DNA of 32,400 bases from the NCBI GenBank assembly GCA_017452405.1, contig JAFTMM010000038.1, forward strand, positions 1 to 32,400, read 5' to 3'. Positions 1 through 6,950 of the stretch are shown here, piece by piece. Source of the DNA: Clostridia bacterium. Lineage in GTDB: Bacteria > Bacillota > Clostridia > Christensenellales > Pumilibacteraceae. Below the pieces are notes generated by a model that saw only the letters and a program-made list of their open reading frames with translations, was not told the origin of the DNA and did no database searches. How positions within the stretch are numbered: position 1 is the first letter of the stretch; the number at the start of each line of letters is the position of its first letter. Made by a program: the position numbers and the translations under genes.

Positions 1-2527
1 ACTGGTCGTCGAACGCCTGCTCAACCATTTCGTCAAGACGATCAAGGAAGTTCTGTTCGTCGGCAACGTAGTCCTTAATGGTGGGCTTGATACCTACTTT
101 CGCTTTAAGCTCGTCAATAGCCTTGATGAGATTTTCCACCTTTTCTTCGTCCGTCTTGCCTTTAAGTCCGAGGTAGTCGGCTACTTCAGCGTAACGAGCG
201 CGAGCGTGAGGGTGGTCGTACTGCGAGAACGTACCCATCTTTGCAGGAGCTTCCTTGGAGTTAAAACGGATAACCTCGCCAATGAGGAGAGCGTTTGCAA
301 CGCCGTGGGGGAGATGATGGAACGCACCGAGCTTGTGAGCCATAGAGTGGCATACGCCGAGGAAAGCGTTAGCGAACGCCATACCTGCCATAGTAGCGGC
401 GTTACCCATCTTCTCACGCGCAACGGGATCGTTAGCTCCGTTGTCGTAAGCGCGGGGGAGATATTCGAAAATCATTTTGAGCGCGCGGAGAGCAAGCCCG
501 TCGGTATAATCGGTTGCCATAACCGAAGCGTAAGCTTCGAGAGCGTGGGTAACTGCGTCGATACCCGAAGCGGAAGTAAGTCCCTTGGGCGCGTTCATCA
601 TGAGGTCTGCGTCAATAATAGCCATGTTAGGCATCAGCTCATAGTCTGCAAGCGGATACTTTACGCCGGTAGTCTCGTCAGTAATAACCGCGAAAGGCGT
701 TACTTCCGAGCCCGTACCTGCGGAGGTGGGAACTGCGATGAAGTATGCTTTTTCGCCCATCTTGGGGAAGGTGTAAACTCTCTTGCGAATATCAATGAAG
801 CGCATTGCCATGTCTTGGAAATCTGCTTCGGGGTGTTCGTAAAGCACCCACATGATTTTTGCGGCGTCCATAGGCGATCCACCACCGACTGCAATAATAG
901 TATCGGGCTGGAACGCTTCCATTTGCTTAGCGCCTTCACGCGCGCTGGCAAGCGTAGGATCAGGTTCAACGTTAGAGAACGTCGTGTGCTTGATACCCAT
1001 TTCGTCGAGTTTGGCTTCAATAGATTTGGTGTAGCCATTATTGTAGAGGAAGGAGTCCGTTACGATAAACGCCTTCTTCTTGCCGAGTACTGCGCCAAGC
1101 TCGTCAAGAGCAACGGGCAAACTGCCTTTTTTGAAATATACCTTCTGAGGTGCTCTGAACCAAAGCATGTTTTCTCTCCTTTCTGCAACCGTTTTAATAT
1201 TAATAAGATGTTTTGCGCCTACGTTATCCGATACGCTGTTACCGCCCCAGCTACCGCAACCGAGTGTGAGCGAGGGAGCGAGCTTGAAGTTGTAAAGGTC
1301 ACCGATACCGCCGTGAGAGGAAGGCGTATTAACGAGAATACGGCAGGTCTTCATTCTTTCACCAAATTCAGCAATTTTTGCCGTTTCGGTTACTGCGTTA
1401 AGGTAAATGGACGAAGTGTGTCCGTAACCGCCGTCTGCAATAAGGTGTTCAGCTTTTTCGAAAGCATCGCCTATATCTTTAGCCTTATACATAGCAAGAA
1501 CGGGGGAAAGCTTTTCGTGAGCAAACTCTTCGGAAATATCAACGCTTTCCACTTCACCGATAAGAATCTTTGCGGATTCGGGTACGTCAACACCTGCAAG
1601 CTTAGCAATGGTGTGCGCCTTCTGTCCTACGATCTTAGCGTTAAGTGCGCCGTTGATAATAATGGTCTTTCTTACTTTTTCGATTTCATCCGGCTTAAGG
1701 AAGTAGCAACCGCGGTAAGCGAATTCCTTTTTAACGGCTTCGTAAATCTTTTTGTGAACGATAACGGACTGCTCAGATGCGCAGATCATACCGTTGTCGA
1801 AGGTCTTGGAATGAATTATCGAGCTTACTGCAAGAATGATGTCAGCAGTTTCGTCGATGATTGCGGGAGTGTTACCTGCGCCTACGCCGAGAGCGGGCTT
1901 ACCGCTGGAATATGCGGCTTTAACCATACCAGGACCGCCGGTAGCAAGAATGATATCCGACTCCTTCATGACGAGATTGGTCATATCGAGGGAGGGAACG
2001 TCAATCCAGTCGATAATTCCTTCGGGCGCGCCTGCTTCAACAGCTGCTTCAAGGACTATCTTAGCCGCCTCAATGGTAGACTTCTTCGCTCTGGGGTGAG
2101 GGGAGATGATGATACCGTTACGGGTTTTAAGCGCAAGGAGAGTTTTGAAAATAGCCGTAGAGGTGGGGTTGGTCGTGGGGATTACCGCAGCGACAACGCC
2201 GATAGGCTCTGCTACTTTCTTAATACCGAATGCGGGATCTTCTTCGATAACACCACAGGTTTTGAAATCCTTGTAAGCGTTATAGATATATTCGGCTGCG
2301 TAGTTATTCTTAATTACTTTATCTTCAACTACGCCCATGCCCGTTTCAGCTACTGCCATTTTAGCAAGGGGAATTCTCTGCTTATTAGCTGCGAGAGCTG
2401 CTGCTTTGAAAATCTTGTCTACTTGCTCTTGCGAGTATTCGGCAAAAATCTTCTGAGCTGCTCTTACTCTTGCGAGAGCTTCTTCGAGCTTTTCAATACT
2501 ATCAACGATGGGATAGTTCTTGTTCAT
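1..2527 (-). CDS. adhE: Bifunctional acetaldehyde-CoA/alcohol dehydrogenase AdhE. It is 3'-truncated by the window edge; roughly the last 25 codons are missing.
   Basis: Absent from the ORF track because it is open at the left edge. Minus-strand translation from ATG 2527..2525 (GGAGG 8 nt upstream) reads MNKNYPIVDSIEKLEEALARVRAAQKIFAEYSQEQVDKIF... It continues through an aldehyde dehydrogenase half and an iron-type alcohol dehydrogenase half (GVCHSMAHKLGAFHHLPHGVANALLI) to ...LDEMVEQAFDDQ at position 2. Confidence 0.93.
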   Translation of the reverse strand, partial: MNKNYPIVDSIEKLEEALARVRAAQKIFAEYSQEQVDKIFKAAALAANKQRIPLAKMAVAETGMGVVEDKVIKNNYAAEYIYNAYKDFKTCGVIEEDPAFGIKKVAEPIGVVAAVIPTTNPTSTAIFKTLLALKTRNGIIISPHPRAKKSTIEAAKIVLEAAVEAGAPEGIIDWIDVPSLDMTNLVMKESDIILATGGPGMVKAAYSSGKPALGVGAGNTPAIIDETADIILAVSSIIHSKTFDNGMICASEQSVIVHKKIYEAVKKEFAYRGCYFLKPDEIEKVRKTIIINGALNAKIVGQKAHTIAKLAGVDVPESAKILIGEVESVDISEEFAHEKLSPVLAMYKAKDIGDAFEKAEHLIADGGYGHTSSIYLNAVTETAKIAEFGERMKTCRILVNTPSSHGGIGDLYNFKLAPSLTLGCGSWGGNSVSDNVGAKHLINIKTVAERRENMLWFRAPQKVYFKKGSLPVALDELGAVLGKKKAFIVTDSFLYNNGYTKSIEAKLDEMGIKHTTFSNVEPDPTLASAREGAKQMEAFQPDTIIAVGGGSPMDAAKIMWVLYEHPEADFQDMAMRFIDIRKRVYTFPKMGEKAYFIAVPTSAGTGSEVTPFAVITDETTGVKYPLADYELMPNMAIIDADLMMNAPKGLTSASGIDAVTHALEAYASVMATDYTDGLALRALKMIFEYLPRAYDNGANDPVAREKMGNAATMAGMAFANAFLGVCHSMAHKLGAFHHLPHGVANALLIGEVIRFNSKEAPAKMGTFSQYDHPHARARYAEVADYLGLKGKTDEEKVENLIKAIDELKAKVGIKPTIKDYVADEQNFLDRLDEMVEQAFDDQ

Positions 2528-2582
2528 TATTATATCCTCCAAAAAAAGTATACTGATTTAGTTTGTAGCCTTTTGGCGAGGC

Positions 2583-3206
2583 TTATTCGCCTATATGTTT
2601 AGTGAGAACCGCGAGTGAGGAAGCAAGGTTCTCGTTTTCTACGAGTACGCCTTCGGGTACTTTAATTACGGTAGGCGCAAAGTTCCATATCGCTTTAATT
2701 CCGTGAATTATAAGTTCGTCGGCGGCTTTCTGCGCTCCGCTTGACGGCACGGTTATAATTCCTACTTTGACGTCGTATTTTTTACAAATCCTTTCAAGTT
2801 CGCTTAATGGTTGTACTATACGACCGCTAACCGCTCTGCCTACGACAGCAGACGAGTTATCAAACGCCGCAACTATGTCAAGTCCGTAATCCGAAAAGCC
2901 TTGATAGGATAGAAGCGCGCGTCCGAGGTTGCCTGCGCCTATAAGTACGGCTTTGCTCTTTGCGCCAAAACCAAGATAGTCCTCTATTTCGTCAATAAGT
3001 TCGGCGGTTACGTATCCTTTTTTCGGTCGTCCGCTTCCGCTTACCGAACCGAGATATTTTCGGACCTGTACGTCGTTTTGCCCGAGCGCTTCCGCAATTA
3101 CCGTTGCCGATACCATAGGCAACGCGCCTCCGAGCGACTTCAAGTAGTGTAGATATACGGGAAGACGGCGTAAGGTTTGTATTGATACGCTTTTTTCTTC
3201 TTTCAT
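2583..3206 (-). CDS. rex: Redox-sensing transcriptional repressor Rex
   Basis: The winged-helix N-terminus (SIQTLRRLPVYLHYLKSL) plus a Rossmann GAGNLGRALLSY motif is typical of Rex. I place the start at ATG 3206 (MKEEKSVSIQ...), preceded by GGGGAGAAG. The ORF-track ATG at 3260 directly abuts the predicted -10 hexamer, so it would lie upstream of the transcription start. Confidence 0.88.
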   Translation of the reverse strand: MKEEKSVSIQTLRRLPVYLHYLKSLGGALPMVSATVIAEALGQNDVQVRKYLGSVSGSGRPKKGYVTAELIDEIEDYLGFGAKSKAVLIGAGNLGRALLSYQGFSDYGLDIVAAFDNSSAVVGRAVSGRIVQPLSELERICKKYDVKVGIITVPSSGAQKAADELIIHGIKAIWNFAPTVIKVPEGVLVENENLASSLAVLTKHIGE

Positions 3207-3260
3207 TGATATCTTCTCCCCGTAAGACAAAATTTCCGAAGTTTCCTTGACTTCAAACAT

Positions 3261-3289
3261 ATTATAACATATATTTTTATATTATGCAA
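3261..3289 (-). promoter_or_regulatory. Predicted sigma-A promoter of rex (and possibly rex-adhE)
   Basis: On the minus strand: TTGCAT (3289..3284), 17-nt spacer, TATAAT (3266..3261). Confidence 0.5.
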
Positions 3290-3378
3290 TTAAATCAATG
3301 CGTATCGATAAAAATTTATTTATTAATTTTTTATTTTGCTTTTCCTTGTCATCTCTACTACAGTACTATGTCTATTTA

Positions 3379-3412
3379 AATAAAATCCCCGAAAGCAGAG
3401 TGCGATCGGGGA
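3379..3412 (-). terminator. Rho-independent terminator downstream of ilvN
   Basis: On the minus strand: 7-bp stem TCCCCGA/TCGGGGA (3412..3406 and 3392..3386), 13-nt loop, then TTTTATTT. It starts 6 nt after the ilvN stop codon. Confidence 0.75.
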
Positions 3413-3417
3413 AGGGA

Positions 3418-3951
3418 TTATTTATTAATTTCCAAATTATAGTCCATAACGTCGTCAATGCAGTCACGACCGCGTGAAAGAGCGGTAACGCCCGTACGCG
3501 CAAGTTCAAGTATGCCGTAAGGACGCATAAGCTCGATAAACTTATCCAGCTTTACGGGTTCACCCGTCATTTCACAAATAACCGAAGTGGGGGCAACGTC
3601 GATGATTTTAACTTTCATCATGTTCGCCGTACTCTCTATTTCAGGACGTTTGTCGGCAGGAACGTTGACTTTAATGAGGAGCAGTTCGCGCTTAACACTT
3701 TCCGTCGGCTCGAAGATCATGATCTTGTGGCAGTCAACGAGTTTGTCAAGCTGACGAACGATCTGATTGATTTCGTCTTCGTCGCCTACGGCAACTATAG
3801 TCATACGTGAACGGTCGGGATTATGCGTTCCGCAAACGGACAGCGAATCGATATTATAACCTCTGCGTGCGAAAAGTCCGCTCAGTCTGGTAAGTACGCC
3901 CGCTTTGTTGGAAACGAGCGCGGTAATTATATGTTTCGTAGCTTTTTCCAT
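3418..3951 (-). CDS. ilvN: Acetolactate synthase small (regulatory) subunit
   Basis: ACT-domain N-terminus HIITALVSNKAGVLTRLSGLFARRGYNIDSLSV. Start set at ATG 3951 (MEKATKH...), with GGAGGG upstream and 10 nt after the ilvB stop. The longer track ORF (to 3996) would overlap ilvB. Confidence 0.9.
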   Translation of the reverse strand: MEKATKHIITALVSNKAGVLTRLSGLFARRGYNIDSLSVCGTHNPDRSRMTIVAVGDEDEINQIVRQLDKLVDCHKIMIFEPTESVKRELLLIKVNVPADKRPEIESTANMMKVKIIDVAPTSVICEMTGEPVKLDKFIELMRPYGILELARTGVTALSRGRDCIDDVMDYNLEINK

Positions 3952-3961
3952 AATGCCCTCC

Positions 3962-5626
3962 TTAGACGATAGGTTTGGCGGTGAGGATTGCCTCAAAGCC
4001 CTTGCCTGCGGGAATCATAGGCAGAACGAATTCGTCTTTGTCGATAGCGCAGTCGATAATCTTAACGCCCTTTTCAGCAAATGCTTCGCTCATAACCTTT
4101 TCGATATCCTCATTCTTGTCTATTCTATAACCCTTAGCGCCGAGAGCGTCTGCAAGTTTGACGAAATCGGTGGGGTAGTAGATATCCGTGGACGAGTAAT
4201 GTTTGTTGTAGAATAACGTCTGCCATTGACGCACCATGCCGAGGGTGTGGTTGTTAAGCACGATAACGGTAACGTCTAAACCGAGCTTAGAAGCGGTAAC
4301 GATTTCGTTAAAGTTCATATGGAAGGAGCCGTCGCCCGTGAAAAGTACGGTCTGTTTTCCGCTACCGATACAAGCGCCGATTGCCGCGCCCATGCCGTAG
4401 CCCATAGTTCCGAGACCACCGCTGGAAATAAACTTGCGAGGCTTGTCGAAGTTATAAGTCTGCGCCGTCCACATCTGGTGCTGTCCAACGTCGGTAACTA
4501 CGACTTTATCCTTATCGCCGAGCTTGTTGGACGCCATAATAACTCTTCTGGGGCAAAGCTTGCCGTCCGAGCCGAGCAAATAATCTTTTGCTACGCGCTC
4601 ACGGCACTCGTTAATCCATTCGTCCGACTTGGCGGGCGTAAGGTCGGGGAGCATAGCGTTAATAGCCTTCTTAGCGTCGGCAAGCACGCCAACGTCTACC
4701 TTAACGTTCTTATTCAATTCGGCAAGGTCAATGTCGATATGTACGATCTTTGCGTTTTTACAGAAGTTCTTGCGGTCGCCGGCAACACGGTCGGAGAAAC
4801 GACAGCCGATAGCAAGCACGAGGTCGGCTTTTGAAAGCGTTTCTGCTACGTTAGCCTTACCGTGCATGCCGATCATACCCATAAAGTTGGGATGTGAGGC
4901 GGGGAAGCAACCGAGTCCCATCATAGACGAGGTAACGGGCGCGCCGATTTTTTCACTAAGCGCGATAAGCGCGTCGCCTGCGTCCGAAGCTATGCAACCG
5001 CCACCAACGTACATAACGGGACGAGAGCAAGAATTAATAATCTCAATAGCTTTCTTGACGTATTTGTTTTCCTTAAAGTAAGCCTTCGTGGGCTTAACTT
5101 CTGCCGGCTCGTACTCGCAAAGCTTCTGCTGAACGTCCTTAGGAACGTCAACGAGTACAGGCCCGGGACGACCGGAACGCGCGATAAAGAACGCTTCACG
5201 AATAGTGTTAGCAAGTTCTTCGACGTTCTTGACCATATAATTATGCTTGGTAATGGGCATAGTCACGCCCGTTATATCTATTTCCTGGAAAGAGTCGCGA
5301 CCGAGGAAAGCAGACGCCACGTTGCCCGTAATTGCGACGAGAGGAATGCTGTCCATATATGCGGTAGCGATACCCGTGACGAGGTTGGTTGCGCCCGGTC
5401 CGGAAGTGGCGATAACAACGCCCGTTCTTCCCGTAGCTCTTGCCCAGCCGTCTGCTGCGTGGCAAGCTCCCTGTTCGTGACAGGTTAGTATTTGCGTTAC
5501 GTTTTCCTTTTCTTCGTAAAGCGCGTCGAAAATATCGAGAATAGTTCCGCCCGGATAACCGAATACGGTTTCGATTCCCTGCTCCTCAATACACTTAACG
5601 ATGATCTGTGATCCTTTGAGTTTCAT
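3962..5626 (-). CDS. ilvB: Acetolactate synthase large (catalytic) subunit, ThDP-dependent
   Basis: 554 aa. N-terminus GSQIIVKCIEEQGIETVFGYPGG, plus GPGATNLVTGIATAYMDSIPLVAITG and a ThDP-binding GDGSFHMNFNE motif. GGAG lies upstream of the ATG. Confidence 0.93.
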   Translation of the reverse strand: MKLKGSQIIVKCIEEQGIETVFGYPGGTILDIFDALYEEKENVTQILTCHEQGACHAADGWARATGRTGVVIATSGPGATNLVTGIATAYMDSIPLVAITGNVASAFLGRDSFQEIDITGVTMPITKHNYMVKNVEELANTIREAFFIARSGRPGPVLVDVPKDVQQKLCEYEPAEVKPTKAYFKENKYVKKAIEIINSCSRPVMYVGGGCIASDAGDALIALSEKIGAPVTSSMMGLGCFPASHPNFMGMIGMHGKANVAETLSKADLVLAIGCRFSDRVAGDRKNFCKNAKIVHIDIDLAELNKNVKVDVGVLADAKKAINAMLPDLTPAKSDEWINECRERVAKDYLLGSDGKLCPRRVIMASNKLGDKDKVVVTDVGQHQMWTAQTYNFDKPRKFISSGGLGTMGYGMGAAIGACIGSGKQTVLFTGDGSFHMNFNEIVTASKLGLDVTVIVLNNHTLGMVRQWQTLFYNKHYSSTDIYYPTDFVKLADALGAKGYRIDKNEDIEKVMSEAFAEKGVKIIDCAIDKDEFVLPMIPAGKGFEAILTAKPIV

Positions 5627-5657
5627 GCTTTTCTCCTGATTGTGAGGATATTGATTG

Positions 5658-5687
5658 ATTATATCATATAATAAATAAGATTGTCAA
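5658..5687 (-). promoter_or_regulatory. Predicted sigma-A promoter of ilvBN with an extended -10
   Basis: On the minus strand: TTGACA (5687..5682), 18-nt spacer ending in TGa, TATAAT (5663..5658). The leader to the ATG is about 30 nt. Confidence 0.6.
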
Positions 5688-5717
5688 AGGTTTTAACTTG
5701 CGCTAAGTAAGGTGATA

Positions 5718-5993
5718 CTAATCAAATAAATCGGAATGTGTGCCTGTTCGAGTTAAGTATAAAATTAACTCGTCATTTGCTATTTTATATATCAAAAGCC
5801 AATCGGGCTTAATATGACATTCGCGACAACCGGAATATTCGCACGTAAGCTGATGATCTCGGTTTTTTTCGGGAAGCGGTTCGCCTTTTGATAGTTTTGT
5901 AACTACTTCGTCCATTAAACGCATGTCGTAGCCACGTTTGATTATAGCTTTCAAATCACGTTTAAAGCTGTTAAGCGCAAAAATTTTATACAT
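5718..5993 (-). CDS. yafQ: Type II toxin, YafQ/RelE-family mRNA interferase
   Basis: 91 aa. FKRDLKAIIKRGYDM..., HQLTCEYSGCRECHIKPDWLLIY and the C-terminal TGTHSDLF match the YafQ family pattern. It overlaps the upstream antitoxin gene by 8 nt. Confidence 0.8.
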   Translation of the reverse strand: MYKIFALNSFKRDLKAIIKRGYDMRLMDEVVTKLSKGEPLPEKNRDHQLTCEYSGCRECHIKPDWLLIYKIANDELILYLTRTGTHSDLFD

Positions 5994-6258
5994 CTGCGTT
6001 CACTTCCTCTAATAGTTCGGAAAAGCTGTCGTACGTTTTCTTGTTTGCTTGTTTTTCCGCTTCTTCAAGTTCTGCAAGCGCGGAAAGAGTGAGTGCGTTT
6101 GGCAGTTCTCTATTCACGGCAAACGGTAAACCATCGTGCATAATGGCTTGTCGCAGAAATATATTAATAGCCGTACTCATATCCAACCCTAAATCAGCAA
6201 AAAGGGCAGTAGCTTGTTTCTTAACGTTTTCGTCAAGTCTAATATTTATTGTAGTCAT
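5986..6258 (-). CDS. dinJ: Type II antitoxin, DinJ/RelB family (ribbon-helix-helix)
   Basis: 90 aa. TTINIRLDENVKKQATALFADLGLDMSTAINIFLRQAI is the DinJ/RelB N-terminal RHH signature. GAGGTGAG lies upstream of the ATG. Confidence 0.8.
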   Translation of the reverse strand: MTTINIRLDENVKKQATALFADLGLDMSTAINIFLRQAIMHDGLPFAVNRELPNALTLSALAELEEAEKQANKKTYDSFSELLEEVNADV

Positions 6259-6278
6259 ACACTCACCTCGTATATATT

Positions 6279-6317
6279 TTGTATATACATTGTATGCTAT
6301 TTGTATTCATTTGTCAA
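6279..6317 (-). promoter_or_regulatory. dinJ-yafQ promoter with embedded repeat/palindrome operator
   Basis: On the minus strand: TTGACA (6317..6312), 17-nt spacer, TACAAT (6294..6289). TTGTAT/TTGTCA hexamers on the plus strand start at 6279, 6290, 6301 and 6311. The perfect 10-bp palindrome TGTATATACA spans 6280..6289. Confidence 0.55.
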
Positions 6318-6432
6318 CAAATATTAGCCTTTAATTCAATAACTTGATTATTAGAAAATCATCGTGGTTGCCATCAATCAACTATTTGATGCCTGTTGCG
6401 ATGATAATAAATTGTAGGAGAATGTCTAATTT

Positions 6433-6873
6433 ATGTGGAATTTGTCGAAGTTTGCCGAAAGCCTAAAAGAACTCATGATCGATCGCGATTTGAAAGCACC
6501 TGCATTGGCAGAACAAATAGGGACTCATAGAATAAATATTACGAGATATTTGCGTGGGGAACGAGCGCCTGTGTTTAGCGGTCTTATAAAGTTAGTAGAA
6601 TACTTCGATTGTTCTGCCGACTTTTTACTCGGACTTAGCGAATATTCAAAAGAGGGCGGATATTTGCCACCGCTTGATTTTGCAAAACGATTAAGAGAGG
6701 TTATGAAAGAAAATTCAGTTACGCAATACGCTCTTGAAAAGAAAACAAAAATTTCGGGTGATATTGTTTATAAATGGCTCAATGGAATAACCAAACCTTC
6801 GATTGAAAATCTGGTAAAACTTGCAGAATATATTGACTGTTCCGTCGATTATCTTCTTGGAAGAGTTAGGTAA
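6433..6873 (+). CDS. Tandem (two-domain) XRE-family helix-turn-helix transcriptional regulator
   Basis: 146 aa with two HTH_3-like halves. Both end in the same motif (YFDCSADFLLGLS and YIDCSVDYLLGRV), and each follows a (Y)LxGxxxP turn. Confidence 0.8.
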   Translation: MWNLSKFAESLKELMIDRDLKAPALAEQIGTHRINITRYLRGERAPVFSGLIKLVEYFDCSADFLLGLSEYSKEGGYLPPLDFAKRLREVMKENSVTQYALEKKTKISGDIVYKWLNGITKPSIENLVKLAEYIDCSVDYLLGRVR

Positions 6874-6906
6874 AATGCGTAGTACCGTATAAGGCACTAC
6901 GCATTT
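6873..6906. terminator. Bidirectional stem-loop terminator between the convergent XRE gene and mgtE
   Basis: Perfect 11-bp stem AAATGCGTAGT/ACTACGCATTT (6873..6883 and 6896..6906) with a 12-nt loop and A/T runs on both sides. Confidence 0.65.
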
Positions 6907-6950
6907 AAATTAGGCAAATTTATTTATTATTTTTCAGGGAACACTTTTAT

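Noticed and set aside
206-2602. 798-aa plus-strand ORF, the longest in the supplied track
   Set aside because: It is the codon-aligned antisense shadow of adhE. The minus strand encodes an unmistakable AdhE. The plus-strand product has no recognisable motif, no SD and no promoter. Its openness is fully explained by the absence of TTA/CTA/TCA codons in adhE.
2604-2640. Plus-strand terminator-like hairpin GAGAACC-N16-GGTTCTC followed by GTTTTCT
   Set aside because: It lies inside the rex coding region, on the antisense strand. No plus-strand transcription unit upstream needs termination. It is probably fortuitous.
3207-3260. Longer N-terminal extensions offered by the ORF track: rex to 3260, ilvN to 3996, amidohydrolase from 8813, histidine phosphatase from TTG 28677
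   Set aside because: The extensions lack SDs and run into the upstream gene or the predicted promoter elements. They also add residues not seen at the conserved N-termini. Internal starts at 3206, 3951, 8885 and 28722 fit better; three of them have clear SDs.
2528-3417. Search for a Rex operator (TTGTGAA-N6-TTCACAA or TTGTTAA-N4-TTAACAA) upstream of rex and adhE
   Set aside because: I found only AT-rich imperfect dyads and a 5-bp-arm dyad (GAAGT-N7-ACTTC). Nothing is close enough to consensus to call without a matrix scan.
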